A stretch of DNA of 64,000 nt, taken from the NCBI RefSeq assembly GCF_009914755.1, contig NC_060931.1. One strand, written 5' to 3'. The DNA comes from the human T2T-CHM13v2.0 reference genome, Homo sapiens. Of this stretch, positions 38,150 through 64,000 are shown piece by piece. How positions within the stretch are numbered: the stretch's first letter is position 1; each line of letters begins with the position of its first letter. The translations under genes were made by a program, and so were the position numbers. The notes under the pieces were generated by a model. The model was not told where the DNA came from. It made no database searches and was given only the letters and a program-made list of their open reading frames with translations.

Positions 38150-38834
38150 TTATCTTTTATTTGCAAACTAAGGTTTACATGCTGGGTACCCAGCTGTCTG
38201 GTAACTGGGTAGGCAGAGGGCTAGGGGTATCTGGGACAGTTACCCTTGAAAAGCCTTGGGCCTTTCTGAAGAGATAGCGCCTAGTGGGAGCCAGGGTCCT
38301 GACCAGCCACAGGTCCCTGCGTGGGACCTACTCATGGAGTTCAAAGTCCGCCGGGGCTGACGTCCAGCTTGGCAGCACCCACCACTGGTGGTCATTAGGC
38401 CTGAGCTGAGCCTGGTGGAGGAGCACAGCTGGCAACGACCTGTCAGGGCTGTGCTCTCAGGACATTCTCTGTCCCCAGTAAGACCACCACTAAATGGAAA
38501 TGTTAAATGGAAAGGGGGCTTTCCCCACCAAAAGGTTCAAGACTGTTTCTTCCATAAGTGAACACAGGCATCGCCAAGTACTTCATCAAATGCAGCCCTT
38601 ACGACACCAACAAGGAGGTGGCATTATCCCCACTGGACAGGCTTATGAAAAGCTTAGGTGACTTGCCCAACGTGATGCAGCTCATTTCTTTTTTCTTTTT
38701 AAGACCGAGTTTCAGCTGGCCATGGTGGCTCATGCCTGTAATCCCAGCACTTTGGGAGGCCCAGATGTGCGGATCACCTGAGGTCGGTAGTTCAAGCCCA
38801 GCCTGACCAACATGGAGAAACCCCGTCTCTACTA

Positions 38835-39157
<323 letters not shown>

Positions 39158-39808
39158 TAGTAGAGACGGGGTTTCTCCATGTTGGCCATGCTGGTCTCAA
39201 ACTCCTGACCTCAGGTGATCTGTCCACCTTGGCCTCCCAAAGTGCTGGGATCACAGGCTTGAGCCACTGCGCCCAGCCTGCAGCTCATTTCTTACCGCAT
39301 AAAGCCTCGCACCTCTCCACAAAACTGCCATCAGGGATGTCCCCAGAAACCATTTATCACAGGTGCCACGCAGAGGACAGCTTCCTGTTCTCCTTTTCCC
39401 TTTACCTCTTCCTTCTCACCTCATCTTGTTCATTCATTCATCCGTATTCCATTCTCACTCTTACGCTTTACCTTTCAAAGGCCTGTCTTTCCCTGTAAGT
39501 AATGTATTATAATTCCCACCATTACCACATGCTTCTCCAACCCACCAAACTGCTATCTTCAGTTTATGGTAAGTCCATAAACTAAGAAGAAATGGGACAC
39601 ATTCATTGCGAACTTGGCAGCCCCTCATCCATCCTCACAAGACACCGCAGATGTTATTCTCTTTGAAGACCAATCTTGTGTTTTAAAGACACTCTTGTGC
39701 AGTGGTGCAATCATAGTTCACTGCAGCCTCCAACTCCTGTGCTCAGGTTATCCGCCTGCCTCAGCCTCCCAAGCAGCTGAGACTACAGGCACACACCACC
39801 ACGCCTAG

Positions 39809-39970
<162 letters not shown>

Positions 39971-40255
39971 TCAAGATGCGTTGAAACTCACCTGTATTTG
40001 ATAAGCCTGCTTTTCGCAAGTAATATACAACAGACTGAAATACCTTAAGTTTCTCAGGCTTTGTACCCTTCTATGGAATAATGAGTGTATCCCAAAAGTA
40101 AATCCATGATGAGGTCCCGTTTTTCCTTCCTCCTTGGCTACAAAATAGACAAGGAAAAGGCAAGCCAGCCATTTCCGATTCACTATAGCTGACTCTCCTG
40201 TTTGCTTTTTGACCGTATTTGGGAGGCGGGGGCCTGATTGCTTTCCTACTTCCTA

Positions 40256-40558
<303 letters not shown>

Positions 40559-41032
40559 CTAGGATTCAAGGCAAAGAGAATGTAAGAGTCAGAACTGGCA
40601 GAATTGTAAATGTTAGATAAAAATAAAGATCCACTTGATGGTGACCAAAATATCTGTCTTCACAGGGGGCTATAGTGACTGCAGGACTCACTGATGCTGG
40701 GGTAAAGACAGCCAGGGAATGATGTAACCCAGAATAAAAAAGGAGGTTTAAAAAAAAAAACAACCTTAATGAGCAGCTGCTTTATTTATAAACGTAATTT
40801 GACATTCGTTTCACATTACTTTTCCACCTCTATCTGCTGGTACAGTCTTAAGGCTAAACTACACTACAGGCAAAAATATGTCTTTCAGTCAGGTGCAGTG
40901 GCTCATGTCTGTCATCCCAGCAATTTGGGAGGCTGAGGTGGGAGGACTGCTTGAGCCCAGGTGTTCAAGACCAGCCTGGGCAACATAGCAAGACCCCATC
41001 TCTACAAAAAGTACAAAAATTAGCCAAGCCTA

Positions 41033-41167
<135 letters not shown>

Positions 41168-41514
41168 CTAATAAATATATATATATATATAAAAATTAAA
41201 TTAAATTAAACTCAACCAAACCAGGCTGGGCATGGTACCTCAGGTCTGTAATGCCAGCACTTTTGGAGGTCGAGACAGGAGGATCACTTCAGCCCAGGAT
41301 TTCAAGACTAGTCTAGGCAACACAGTGAGACCCAGTCTCTACAAAAAGTCAAAATATTAGCCAGGTGTGGTGGCGCACGCCTGCAGTTCAAGCTACTTGG
41401 GGCTAAGGAGGGAGGATCGCTTGAGCCCAGGAGGTTGAGCAGTGAGCTGTGATTATGCCACTGCACTCCAGCCTGGGCAACAGAGTGAGGCTGTCTCAAA
41501 AAAATTTATTTAAT

Positions 41515-42268
<754 letters not shown>

Positions 42269-43443
42269 TCAAAAAAAAAAAAAGAATTCAGAGCTGGTTA
42301 CCTTTTCAAAGAGGATGCGCAAGCAAATATATCCAAGAGCCACTTCCCCTACTTGACTAGTTTGCAGAAGTGGCATTCTGTAAGCACGATAAATTTAAGG
42401 GTGCAAACAGAACAGCGCAGTCCACTGTGGGTGGCTGTTCCCTGTGTGTCAACCAGGAGCTGTGACAAACAAGTGTGAGCTGGCTGGGGTGGGAATGAGG
42501 GGCTGGATGGGGTTCAGGAATCCACAGGAAAAAAAAAACCTCACAAGACAAACCAACATATCTTTGGTGAGGAGGACAAAAAAATGAGATAGATTAAAAA
42601 AATGACGACAGGCTGGGCATGGTGTCTCATGCCTGGATTCCCAGCACTTTGGGAGTCTGAGGCAGGACAATCACGTAAGGCCAGGAGTTCTAGACCAGCC
42701 TGATAGACTCCATCTTTACAAAAAAATTTAAAAATAGGCTGCACATGGTGGTTCATGCCTGTCGTCCCAGCTACTCAGGAGGCTGAGGTGGAAGAATTGC
42801 TTCAGCCCTTTAGTTCAAGGCTGCAGTGAGCTATGATGACACCACTGCACTCCAGCCTGGGCAACACAACAAGACCCTGAAAAAAAGAAAAAGAAAAAAA
42901 GGCTAGCACAGTGGATCATGCCTGTAATTCCAGCACTTTTGGAGGCCAAGGCAGGAAGATCAATTGAGTCCAGGAGTTTGAGACCAGCCTGGACAACATA
43001 GCAAGACCCTATATCTAAAATATGAAAATTAAGAAAAAGGATATTTTAGTTGGTGATTATGGTGCCAACATGGGCATTCCAGGCAGAAGAAACAGCTCAA
43101 GCAAGAGCAGGAGAGCAAGCGAGGGCAGTGGAAACAGATCAGTGGCTGGGATAGAGGGGAGAAGGGGATGAAAACCCAGGAGAGAGCAGAGGACACTGAG
43201 TGTCCTGACCAGAGGTTAGGGCTTTGTCCTGTGGGCCTGGGGGAGCCAATGACAGGACTCCCAAAATTTTCAACTGTGGCTGGTGCAGAGGCTCACACCT
43301 GTAATCCCAGCACTTTGGGAGCCTGAGGCAGATCACTTGAGGCCAGGAGTTCAAGACCAGTCTGGGCAACATGGCAAGACCCCATCTCTACAAAAGTAAA
43401 AAAATTAGCCAGGCGTGTTGGCATGTGCCTATGGTCCCAGCTA

Positions 43444-44007
<564 letters not shown>

Positions 44008-45154
44008 CTAGGACCAGAGCAGCAGAGCCCGTTCAGCACTCAGTAGACAGCATGACTCAGCATTCACACACTGCGGGGGCTCCTCTGGCAGAGAAGGTAA
44101 GGGGGATGTAATCCCAGCACTCTGGGAGGCTGAGGCAGGAGGATGGCTTAAGACCAGCCTGGGCAACACAGCAAGACTGCAGCATTACAAAAAATAGTAG
44201 TAAGAAAATTAGCAGGGCACGGTGGCTCATGCCTGTAATCCCAGCACATTGGGAGGCCAAGATGGGAGGATCACTTGATCCCAGGAGTTCGAGACCAGCC
44301 TGGGCAACATCACAAGCCCCCATTTCTACCAAAAAAAAAAAAAACCTAGAACGGGAACAGCTGCCTCCTGGGGCTGAGAACGTCCAAGTGTACCAATTTA
44401 GATCCTGAAATTACCCTGCCATAGGCAAGAAACATGGTCACAAAGTGGCCCAGAGGAGGTAGGCCTGGGACTCCACACTGACACTCATGACGTGCGCCGC
44501 TGGGAAGGGCTGTGAGAGGCACAGCAGCTGCCAACGCACAGCCCTCAGCCAAAGCCCAGGGCCCCCACCACTGGAACTGACTCCTCTCCAGGCAGCACTC
44601 CCATCACTGGGCTTCCCCTCACCTTGCCCTGGAGAAGCGCTGCCACCCGAGGGGCCGATGCAGTCATTCTCACAGAAAATCTTTTGTTTTGTTTTGGAGA
44701 CAGAGTCTCGCTCTGTCGCCCAGGCTAGAATGTTAGTGGTGCGATCTCAGCTCACTGCAACCTCTGCCTCCCACCATCAGGTGCTTCTCATGCCTCAGTC
44801 TCCCGAGTAGCTAGGATTACAGGCGTGCGCCACCACGCCCAGCTAATTTTTTGTATTTTTGGTAGAAATGAAGTTTCACCAGTTGGCTGGGCTGGTCTTG
44901 AACTCCTGATCTCAAGTAATCTGCCTGCCTCGGCCTCCCAAAGTGCTGGGATGATAGGTGTAAGCCACCATGCCCGGCTGTCACAGAGGATCTTGAGGGA
45001 GCTTTCACAAGGCAGCACTGTGGACTGCAGAGGGCCAGAAAAGTCACTCCAAGGAGCAGGGCGGTGACGACCGAGTAGGACCACCCCAAGCTTCAGCATA
45101 GCGGTGCTTACAGCTGAGCAGCAGGGGCTTCTGTGTCCAACTGGCTAGTTTCTA

Positions 45155-45325
<171 letters not shown>

Positions 45326-45647
45326 TTAGCTGGGTGTGGTGGCATGCACCTGTAATCCCAGCTACTCAGGAGGCCGAGGCAGAATTGCTTGAACCTGGGA
45401 GGACGAGGTTGCAGCGAGCTGAGATTGCACCATTTCACTCAAGCCTGGGCAACAGAGCAAGATTCCATCTCAAAATAAATAAATAAATAAATAAAGAATG
45501 CTAATGTCAGCCAGGCACTGCAACTCATGCCTGTAATCACAGCACTTTGGGAGGCCAAGGCAGGAGATCACTTGAGCTCAAGACTTTGAGACCAGCCTGG
45601 GCAACATAGAGAGATGCCACCTCTACAAAAAGATATAAAATTAGCTA

Positions 45648-45788
<141 letters not shown>

Positions 45789-46245
45789 CTACAAAAGAAA
45801 AAGAAAAACTCAAGTTCCAACCCTGGACGTACTAAATCAGGACCTCAGAATGCAGAGATCTGGCATTTCATAAAAACTTCCCCTAGAGATTCTCATCAGC
45901 CAGGTGTGGGCCAGATGAACTCTAAGCTCCCTTAAATCTTTGATGTTTTATGAGTCTATTAAATCGAAGTGCAAAAAATGCTGAGTCCAAACTGAGCAAA
46001 CAAATCCCATCTCCCTATGCCCAGCCTCCTTGGATTGAGAAAGCCACACTGCCTGGCGAGTAAGCAGGGGGAGAATTCTCATTAACCCAAAGACCATCTG
46101 TGAAAACAGACTGGCTGCGGCCGGGGTGTGGTGGCCCACACCTGTAACCCCAGCCCTTTGGGAGGCCAAGGCAGGAGGATTGCTTGAGCCCAGGAGTTGG
46201 AGACCAGCCTGGGCAACATGGCAAGACCCTGTCTCTATCTTTTTA

Positions 46246-46491
<246 letters not shown>

Positions 46492-46510
46492 TCAGTCCAG
46501 GAATGGCTCA

Positions 46511-46681
<171 letters not shown>

Positions 46682-46819
46682 CTACTACAAATACAAAAAT
46701 TAGCGGCCAGGCGCAGTGGCTCACGCCTGTAATCCCAGCACTTTGGGAGGCCGAGGCGGGCAGATCACAAGGTCAGGAGATCGATACCATCCTAACACGG
46801 TGAAACCCCGTCTCTACTA

Positions 46820-47059
<240 letters not shown>

Positions 47060-47602
47060 TTACATAAGGGCATATGATCCTCTAGTCCTAGACCGAGCTC
47101 TCTAACATCACTCCTTCTACCCCCATCTCCGAATCCTATACCCCCAGAGGAGCAGCCACTCTTCCAGGTACACAGAGCTGAGGTCACTAGGCTGGACACT
47201 GGCAAAAATGAGGTTGACGCCCTGAAACAGCTCTTGAACACCGGAGGTGGATGGATGCAGATTTGGGAGGGATATTTATTAATGCATCAAGCAAACGGAG
47301 TGCAGGCTGGGAGGCAGGCATGGGGCTAGGTGCGAGGTGCTCAGCAGTGACTCAAATCTAAGTCCACAGGTCCTGGGCAGTGGGAGTGGAGACGCATGCA
47401 GAGAAATGGTGCAAGTGCCGGGCAAGGCGGCTCACGCCTAGAATCCCAGCACTTTGGGAGTTTTACCAGAGACCAGGAGTTCAAGACCAGCCTGGGCAAC
47501 ATAGCAAGACCTTGTTTCTACAACAAATTTAAAAATTAGGGGCGGGCATGGTGGCTCACGCCTGTAATCCCAACACTTTGGGAGGCCGAGGCGGGTGGAT
47601 CA

Positions 47603-48130
<528 letters not shown>

Positions 48131-48294
48131 TCAAAAAATAAATAAATAAATAAGAAGAAATGGCCCTTAGAAGGGAAGAAAAACCCAACAGAGGGACCCG
48201 TCTGTGCTCAGAGCTCCTGGCACCTGCCCGAGGCCTCCACAGTACAGACTGTTTTTGTTTTTGTTTTTTTGAGAGACAGAATCTCACTCTGTAG

Positions 48295-48483
<189 letters not shown>

Positions 48484-49533
48484 TGACCTCAGGTGATCCA
48501 CCCACCTTGGCCTCCCAAAGTGCTGGGATTACAGGCGTGAGCCACCGCACCCAGCCTAGACTGTTGTTGAAGCCTGTTTTCCTCTTCTCTTTCCTCAGTT
48601 CATTTCTTCTTTTACGCCCTCCCCCATCATTGCTCTGCCTATCCGAAGGCTGTGGCTGGCACAGATCAGAAAAGAACCCCCTAGCCTCAAGTTCCAAACC
48701 CACACTCTCCAACAGCCAGGCTCTCAGATGGGAAACTTCAAAGCCTGTGACAGCCTGGCTGAACCTCTCCAGCCTGGGTGGCTCCCTCCAAATCCTGCCC
48801 CAGAAAACAGGCATCTCCTCTGGCCACCTCCCAAAGAAGCCTCAAACACCTGCTCCTGGAAGCCTGTACTCTTCCCCTTTGCAACAAAGGGCCTGTCCAC
48901 CCAGTCCTGCTGAGCACACCCCTGTACCCCCAAGCTCTGAATTGTCCTTGGCCCAGGCTGCAACAACTTCTCAGAGCCTTCTGCCTGCTGCAGACTTGGC
49001 TCAGCCCAAAGCACTGCATGAAATTGGGGTGTGCTGTATGAGTCAAGAGGCATTTCTACCACCTCTCCTGCTTCTACCCCAAGTGAAAAATCCAACTCTG
49101 AACGCTGAGTTAGAACTGCACGATTGTAAGGAAGAAAAGGGGGCCAGGTGTGGTGGTTCACACCTGTAATCCCAGCACTTTGGGAAGGTGAGGCAGGAGG
49201 ATCACTAGAGGCCAGGAGTTCCACGCCAGCCTGGCAAACATGGTGAAACCCAGTCTCTAATTAGCCGGGCACGGTGGCTCACGCCTGTAATCCCAGCACT
49301 CTGGGAGGCCGAGGTAAGTGGATCTCCTGAGGTCAGTAGTCCAAGACCAGCCTGGCCCAACATAGTGAAACCCCGTCTCTACTGAAAAATGCAAAAGTTG
49401 GCCAGGCGTGGTAGCTCACGCCTGTAATCCGAGCACTTCAGGAGGCCGAGGCAGGCGGATCATGAGTTCAAGAGATCGAGACCATCCTAGCCAAAATGGT
49501 GAAACCCCGTCTCTGCTAAAAATACAAAAATTA

Positions 49534-50076
<543 letters not shown>

Positions 50077-50386
50077 CTACTCAGGAGACTGAGGCAGGAG
50101 AATCACTTGAACCCAGGAGGCAGAGGTTGTAATGAGCGGAGATCACCCCACTGCACTCCAGCCTGGGCCATATAGTGAGACTCCATCTCAAAAAGAAAAA
50201 AAAAGAACAAAAAAGAAAACCACAATTTGGGTGGGTAGATATTTGGTCCCCTGAACTATCTGGGTATGGACGGCCTTCCCATTGGGCTGGACACGAGGCC
50301 GATCTTGAACAGCACATGCCCACCGAGGCCAGCCACCTGCCAGGGTCTCCTTCCCACTCTAGCCGAGGGCAGGGAGGGAGCACTCA

Positions 50387-50563
<177 letters not shown>

Positions 50564-50617
50564 TCACGGTGACGCCCCCGGGCTGGGCAGGCGGAGCAGG
50601 TGCACAGCAGAGACTCA

Positions 50618-50797
<180 letters not shown>

Positions 50798-50915
50798 CTA
50801 GGAGATAGCAGAGCCAAGTGACCCCTGTCCCTGTCGAAGCTGCACTTCCTCTGAGAGCCAGGACCCTGGAGAGCCACCCCATGAGCCCCCTCTCCATTTG
50901 GAGCCATTTGCCTCA

Positions 50916-51164
<249 letters not shown>

Positions 51165-51453
51165 CTATGACAGCCAAAGCACCAGGTGTGAGCACCCCGA
51201 CAGCCTGAGCCCCATCCGGCCTGCCCTCCAGCAGGAAGGCCCCTCGTGCACCCCAGCAGCTGCCTCTGGGCCTGTAAGCAGAGATGCAGCAATCAGAGGT
51301 TCTGCCCTACCCTGGCTGACCCTGGGAACCTGCCCTTCAAAACATGGCCTTCCCTTTGACAAGACAAGGTGGCTCATGCCTGGAGTTCCCACACTTTGGG
51401 AGGCTAAGGCAGGAGGATCACTTGAGTCCAGGAGTTGAAGACCAGCCTGGTGA

Positions 51454-51886
<433 letters not shown>

Positions 51887-51899
51887 TGAGCTGTGATCA

Positions 51900-52643
<744 letters not shown>

Positions 52644-52988
52644 TGACCTCAGGTGATCCACCCGCCTTGGCCTCCCAAAGTGCTGGGATTACAGGTGTGA
52701 GCCACCGCACCCGGTGCTTTTTTTAATTTAAAAAAAGATTTTGGCCAGGTGCAGTGGTCACACCTGTAATCCCAACACTTGAGGAGGCTGGGGTGGGAGG
52801 ATCGCTTGAGACCAGGAGTTCAAGACCAGCCTGGGTAACATAGGGAAACCACTTCTTCCCTAAAAATACAAACAATCAGCCGGTCGTGGTGGTGCGTGCT
52901 TGCAGCCCCGGCAGCCCCAGCTACTTGGGAGGCTGAAGTGGGAGGATTGCTTGAGCCAGGAGTTCGGGGCTGCAGTGAGCTATGATCT

Positions 52989-54107
<1,119 letters not shown>

Positions 54108-54332
54108 TAGTCAGGATGGTCGCGATCTCCTGACCTCGTGATCCCCCCACCTTGGCCTCCCAAAGTGCTGGGATTACAGGCATGAGCCACCGCGCCCGCC
54201 CTGAAAAAGATATATTTTTAAAAAGAAAAAAAACTTAAAACAAAAATTTTTCTTAAATACAGACCGAGCGCTGTGGCTCATTCCTGTAATCCCAGCATTT
54301 TGGGAGACTGAGGCGGGTGGATCCCGAAGTCA

Positions 54333-54593
<261 letters not shown>

Positions 54594-54658
54594 TCACGCC
54601 TGTAACCCTTGCATTTTGGCAGGCCGAGGAGGGTGGATCACCTGAGGTTAGGAGTTCA

Positions 54659-55032
<374 letters not shown>

Positions 55033-55478
55033 TAATTTTTTGTGGTGATGGCCTCGCTATGTTGCCCAGGCTGCTCTTGAACTACTGGCCTCAAGTGATC
55101 CTTATACCAGGGCCTCCTTGCAAAGTGCTGGATGACAGGCATAAGCCACCATGCCCGGCGCCCCCCCCACCGAAGCTGCCTGTTCCTTGAGCACGATGTG
55201 TAGCAAGGGGAGATGGAGTGAGAGTAGCACCATAGAGAAGGGACAGGATTGCCACCCCGAGCTGTGTGACGTTAGGCCAGACCCCTCTTCTCCTAGCGAG
55301 GTCAACCACACGGGTGATTTTGGGAGCCCGTATCCGCTCACACAGGCTGAATTTTAGCTTCATAGGTGGAAGGGAATCTGTGAGGGTGTAGAGATGCTGG
55401 GAGCACCTTTTTCCTGGGAGAGCTTTCCAAACAGGGAACAAACAGAGCCACCCTGGGCCCCGCTGAGAGAGGATCCTA

Positions 55479-56005
<527 letters not shown>

Positions 56006-56044
56006 CTGCAGACACAGGAGATACGGGGAGGGGGCTGCAGGTCA

Positions 56045-56524
<480 letters not shown>

Positions 56525-57869
56525 TCAGCTCCTAGGCCCCCAAAAGGGTCCAGGACCAGTGTGCTGCACGGCTGTGCCCCCAGGCCTAGCACAAGCCCTG
56601 ACACATAGCGGGGATTCTTGGCAGAAAGGACAGATAACTTGCTGATGACAGGTCAACTGCCAGGGCGATCTGTGCACCTGGGCCAGTGGGGCCAGGAGTT
56701 CCTCCTCAGAGTGGATGGGGCACAATATCTCCTGAGACAGGAGCAAGCCCAGGGCCACATCCCAGCCAGAGGCAAGAAGGTTCAGACCTGTGACTAAGAG
56801 GCAGATGGCCACTGCCTGTCACAGGGAGGAAGGCTGGTTGGAGGAATGGGGGGAGCTTTGCTTAGGACACTGTGAGTGGGGTGCACACTGGCACCCAGCC
56901 CCCTCCTCTTTCCCTCCTGTACTGAATGCTGCAAAGTCAGAATAAGAGGATGTAGACCAGGCAAAAGCCGCCCAGACCTCACCCAGTTCCACTTCTCTGC
57001 AGATCACATCCAAGTCAGGAGGGGAACAGGGGTGGCGTCCTGGGCCTGATGTCATGTCCTGTCCTCTATGTGAACCTTGAAAACCAAGGGACTTCCTGCC
57101 TCGGCAGAGCTGACCTCAGGACATCTAAACTGTCACCTTCTCCCGATCCCCGGGCCCAGCTCTGTGCAGTGCATGCCGCTGTGGCCAGAGTGTGTGGGTG
57201 GCTCATGCCAGTAATCAGCGCTTTGGGAGGTCAACGTGGGAGGATGGCTTGAGGCCAGGAGTTCGAGACCACCCTGGGTAAATAGTGACACCCTGTATCT
57301 TTTTTTTTTTTTTAAGTTTTTTTGCCTTTTTTTTTTTTTGGAGACGTAGTCTCACTATGTCGCCCAAGTTGGAGTGCAGTGGCATCCTGATCTCAGCTCA
57401 CTGCAACCTCTACTCCCGGGTTCAAGCAATTCTCCTGACTCAGCCTCCCAAGTAGCTGGGATTACAGGCATGAACCACCACACTTGGCTAATTTTTATAT
57501 TTTTAGTAGAGATGAGGTTTCACCCTGTTATGTTGGCCAGCCTGGTCTCAAACTCCTGGCCTCAGGCGATTCGCCCGCCTCCACCTCCCAAAGTGCTGGG
57601 ATTACAGGTGTGAGCCACCGAGCCCAGATAATTTTTTTTTTTTCAATTAGCCAGGCGTGTTGGCACCCCCTAAATTGCAAGGCTGGGGCGGGAGAATCGC
57701 TTGAGCTCAGAAGTTAGGCTGGCGCCACTCCGCCCCAGCCTGGGAAACAGGTGCAAACCCAGTCTCAAAAAAATTTTTAAAAATTAAAAATAAATATTGA
57801 AAGGAAGGATACTGCACAGACTCAGCCTTTACCTCGGGAAAGGGCTCGGCAAGAGCCTTTTCTCCTCCT

Positions 57870-58570
<701 letters not shown>

Positions 58571-58995
58571 AGGCCAGAACAGAACCCCTGAGATCGGTGG
58601 GATCCCCCTGTTTCTTCAAGGAGCACCTCCACTTGCTTTTCCCAGCAGGAATTCAAGGAGGCCCCAGCGGCGCCTCTTCCATGCCTGTCTGATGCAGCCT
58701 CTTGCAGGGATGCACGTCCTTGGGATGCGGCCATAGCCTTGACCCTGGGCTTCTGGAGCCCTGACCTTAACCCAGGGGCCAAGAGCTCCCTCTTGGTGTT
58801 GCAGGCACATAAAGATGCAGGGAGAGAGGCCAGGTGCACTTTGGGAACCCGAGGGGGGCAGATCACTTGAGGCCAGGAGTTCGAGACCAGCCTGGCCAAC
58901 GATAGTGAAACCCCGTCCCTATTTTGTAAACATACAAAAAAAAAAAAAAGAATTAGCGGGGCGTGATGGTGCGTGCCTGTAATCCCAGCTACTCA

Positions 58996-59223
<228 letters not shown>

Positions 59224-59339
59224 TTATGGAGGGGACTTTCATACAGGGACGGTGCAGTGGCCATTGCTGGACATGAGAACCACTACCATTTGTAAAAAGC
59301 ATGCAGCTTACATAACATTTTCAACTAGCATCCTCGACC

Positions 59340-60520
<1,181 letters not shown>

Positions 60521-60912
60521 ACTCCTGATTCCTTAGCTGGGGCTCTGAACATACATTCTTAGACCATAAAGTCATTCGCAGGGTGCACAACAGTTACGGA
60601 TGTCAGGTGCCTCTGCCATACAGAGGGAGCCCTCATGTCCTAGGAAGCTGGCCTGGACACAATTGTTTGTATGATTACTCCCCCACCCCCTTTTTTCATG
60701 CTCACCAAATCCACCTTCTGAAAATGGACCTCAATACTGGAAATGGAGTCCCCAGCATAGTGAAAATAAGTACATTCTGGGAACTGACAAGGCCTAAAGG
60801 CTCTCTCCCAAATGTTTACATTGTTTTTTTATTTTCATATTTTCTTTTTTTAAATTTTACTTTTATATTTCATTAGTGAAATCTTGACATGCTTAAATTA
60901 GAATACAGTTCA

Positions 60913-61284
<372 letters not shown>

Positions 61285-61319
61285 TCAAAAAATTAAAAAA
61301 AGAAAAGAAAAGAAAAAAG

Positions 61320-61798
<479 letters not shown>

Positions 61799-61799
61799 A

Positions 61800-61950
61800 T
61801 AGGTACTATTATTACTACCATTTCTCAAATGTGGAAACTGAGACACATGAAGGTTCAGTAACTTTTCTAACACCACAGAGCTAGTAAGATGCAGAACTGG
61901 GAATCTGACCTAATCAATCTGTTTCCAAGTGTTTATGCTGTCACTCTGAA
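61800..61950. mobile_element. MIR SINE
   Basis: aggtactattattactaccatttctcaaatgtggaaactgagacac...gagctagtaagatgcagaactggg (MIR core). Confidence 0.75.
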
Positions 61951-61979
61951 TCACTCTGCCATACCACCTGGCAAAGGCT

Positions 61980-64000
<2,021 letters not shown>

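Noticed and set aside
48507-49169. 220-aa + strand ORF and overlapping minus ORFs in GUSB intron 8
   Set aside because: Non-ATG start inside an Alu, ends in an Alu, S/P/L-rich with no recognisable domain; no support without expression data

Overview
This is human (primate) genomic DNA, very Alu-rich, which I recognise as the VKORC1L1/GUSB locus on 7q11.21. On the + strand are the 3' part of VKORC1L1 intron 1, exon 2 (24799-24908), exon 3 (30200-30426, CIIC redox motif) and a ~5.3-kb 3' UTR ending near 35690. On the - strand is the complete 12-exon GUSB (beta-glucuronidase) gene: ATG at 58276, TGA at 37021, 1956 nt and 651 aa, all GT-AG introns, with a TATA-less CpG-island promoter. The two genes end tail-to-tail about 1.1 kb apart. 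VKORC1L1 intron 1 holds an HNRNPA1 processed pseudogene and nested L1, L2, LTR, DNA-transposon and Alu remnants. Most ORFs in the supplied track are Alu or antisense artefacts. I see no new multi-gene system. The most interesting details are: a near-perfect 34-bp hairpin at 1728-1818; an alternative frame open across VKORC1L1 exon 3 that exon-2 skipping would reach; a latent 68-nt Alu pseudo-exon in GUSB intron 8; an LTR nested inside an Alu in GUSB intron 4 carrying CLEAR/E-box and NF-kB motifs; a strong-Kozak overlapping uORF at the GUSB promoter; and the Pro649 GUSB allele. Repeat family names and boundaries were assigned by eye and are approximate.
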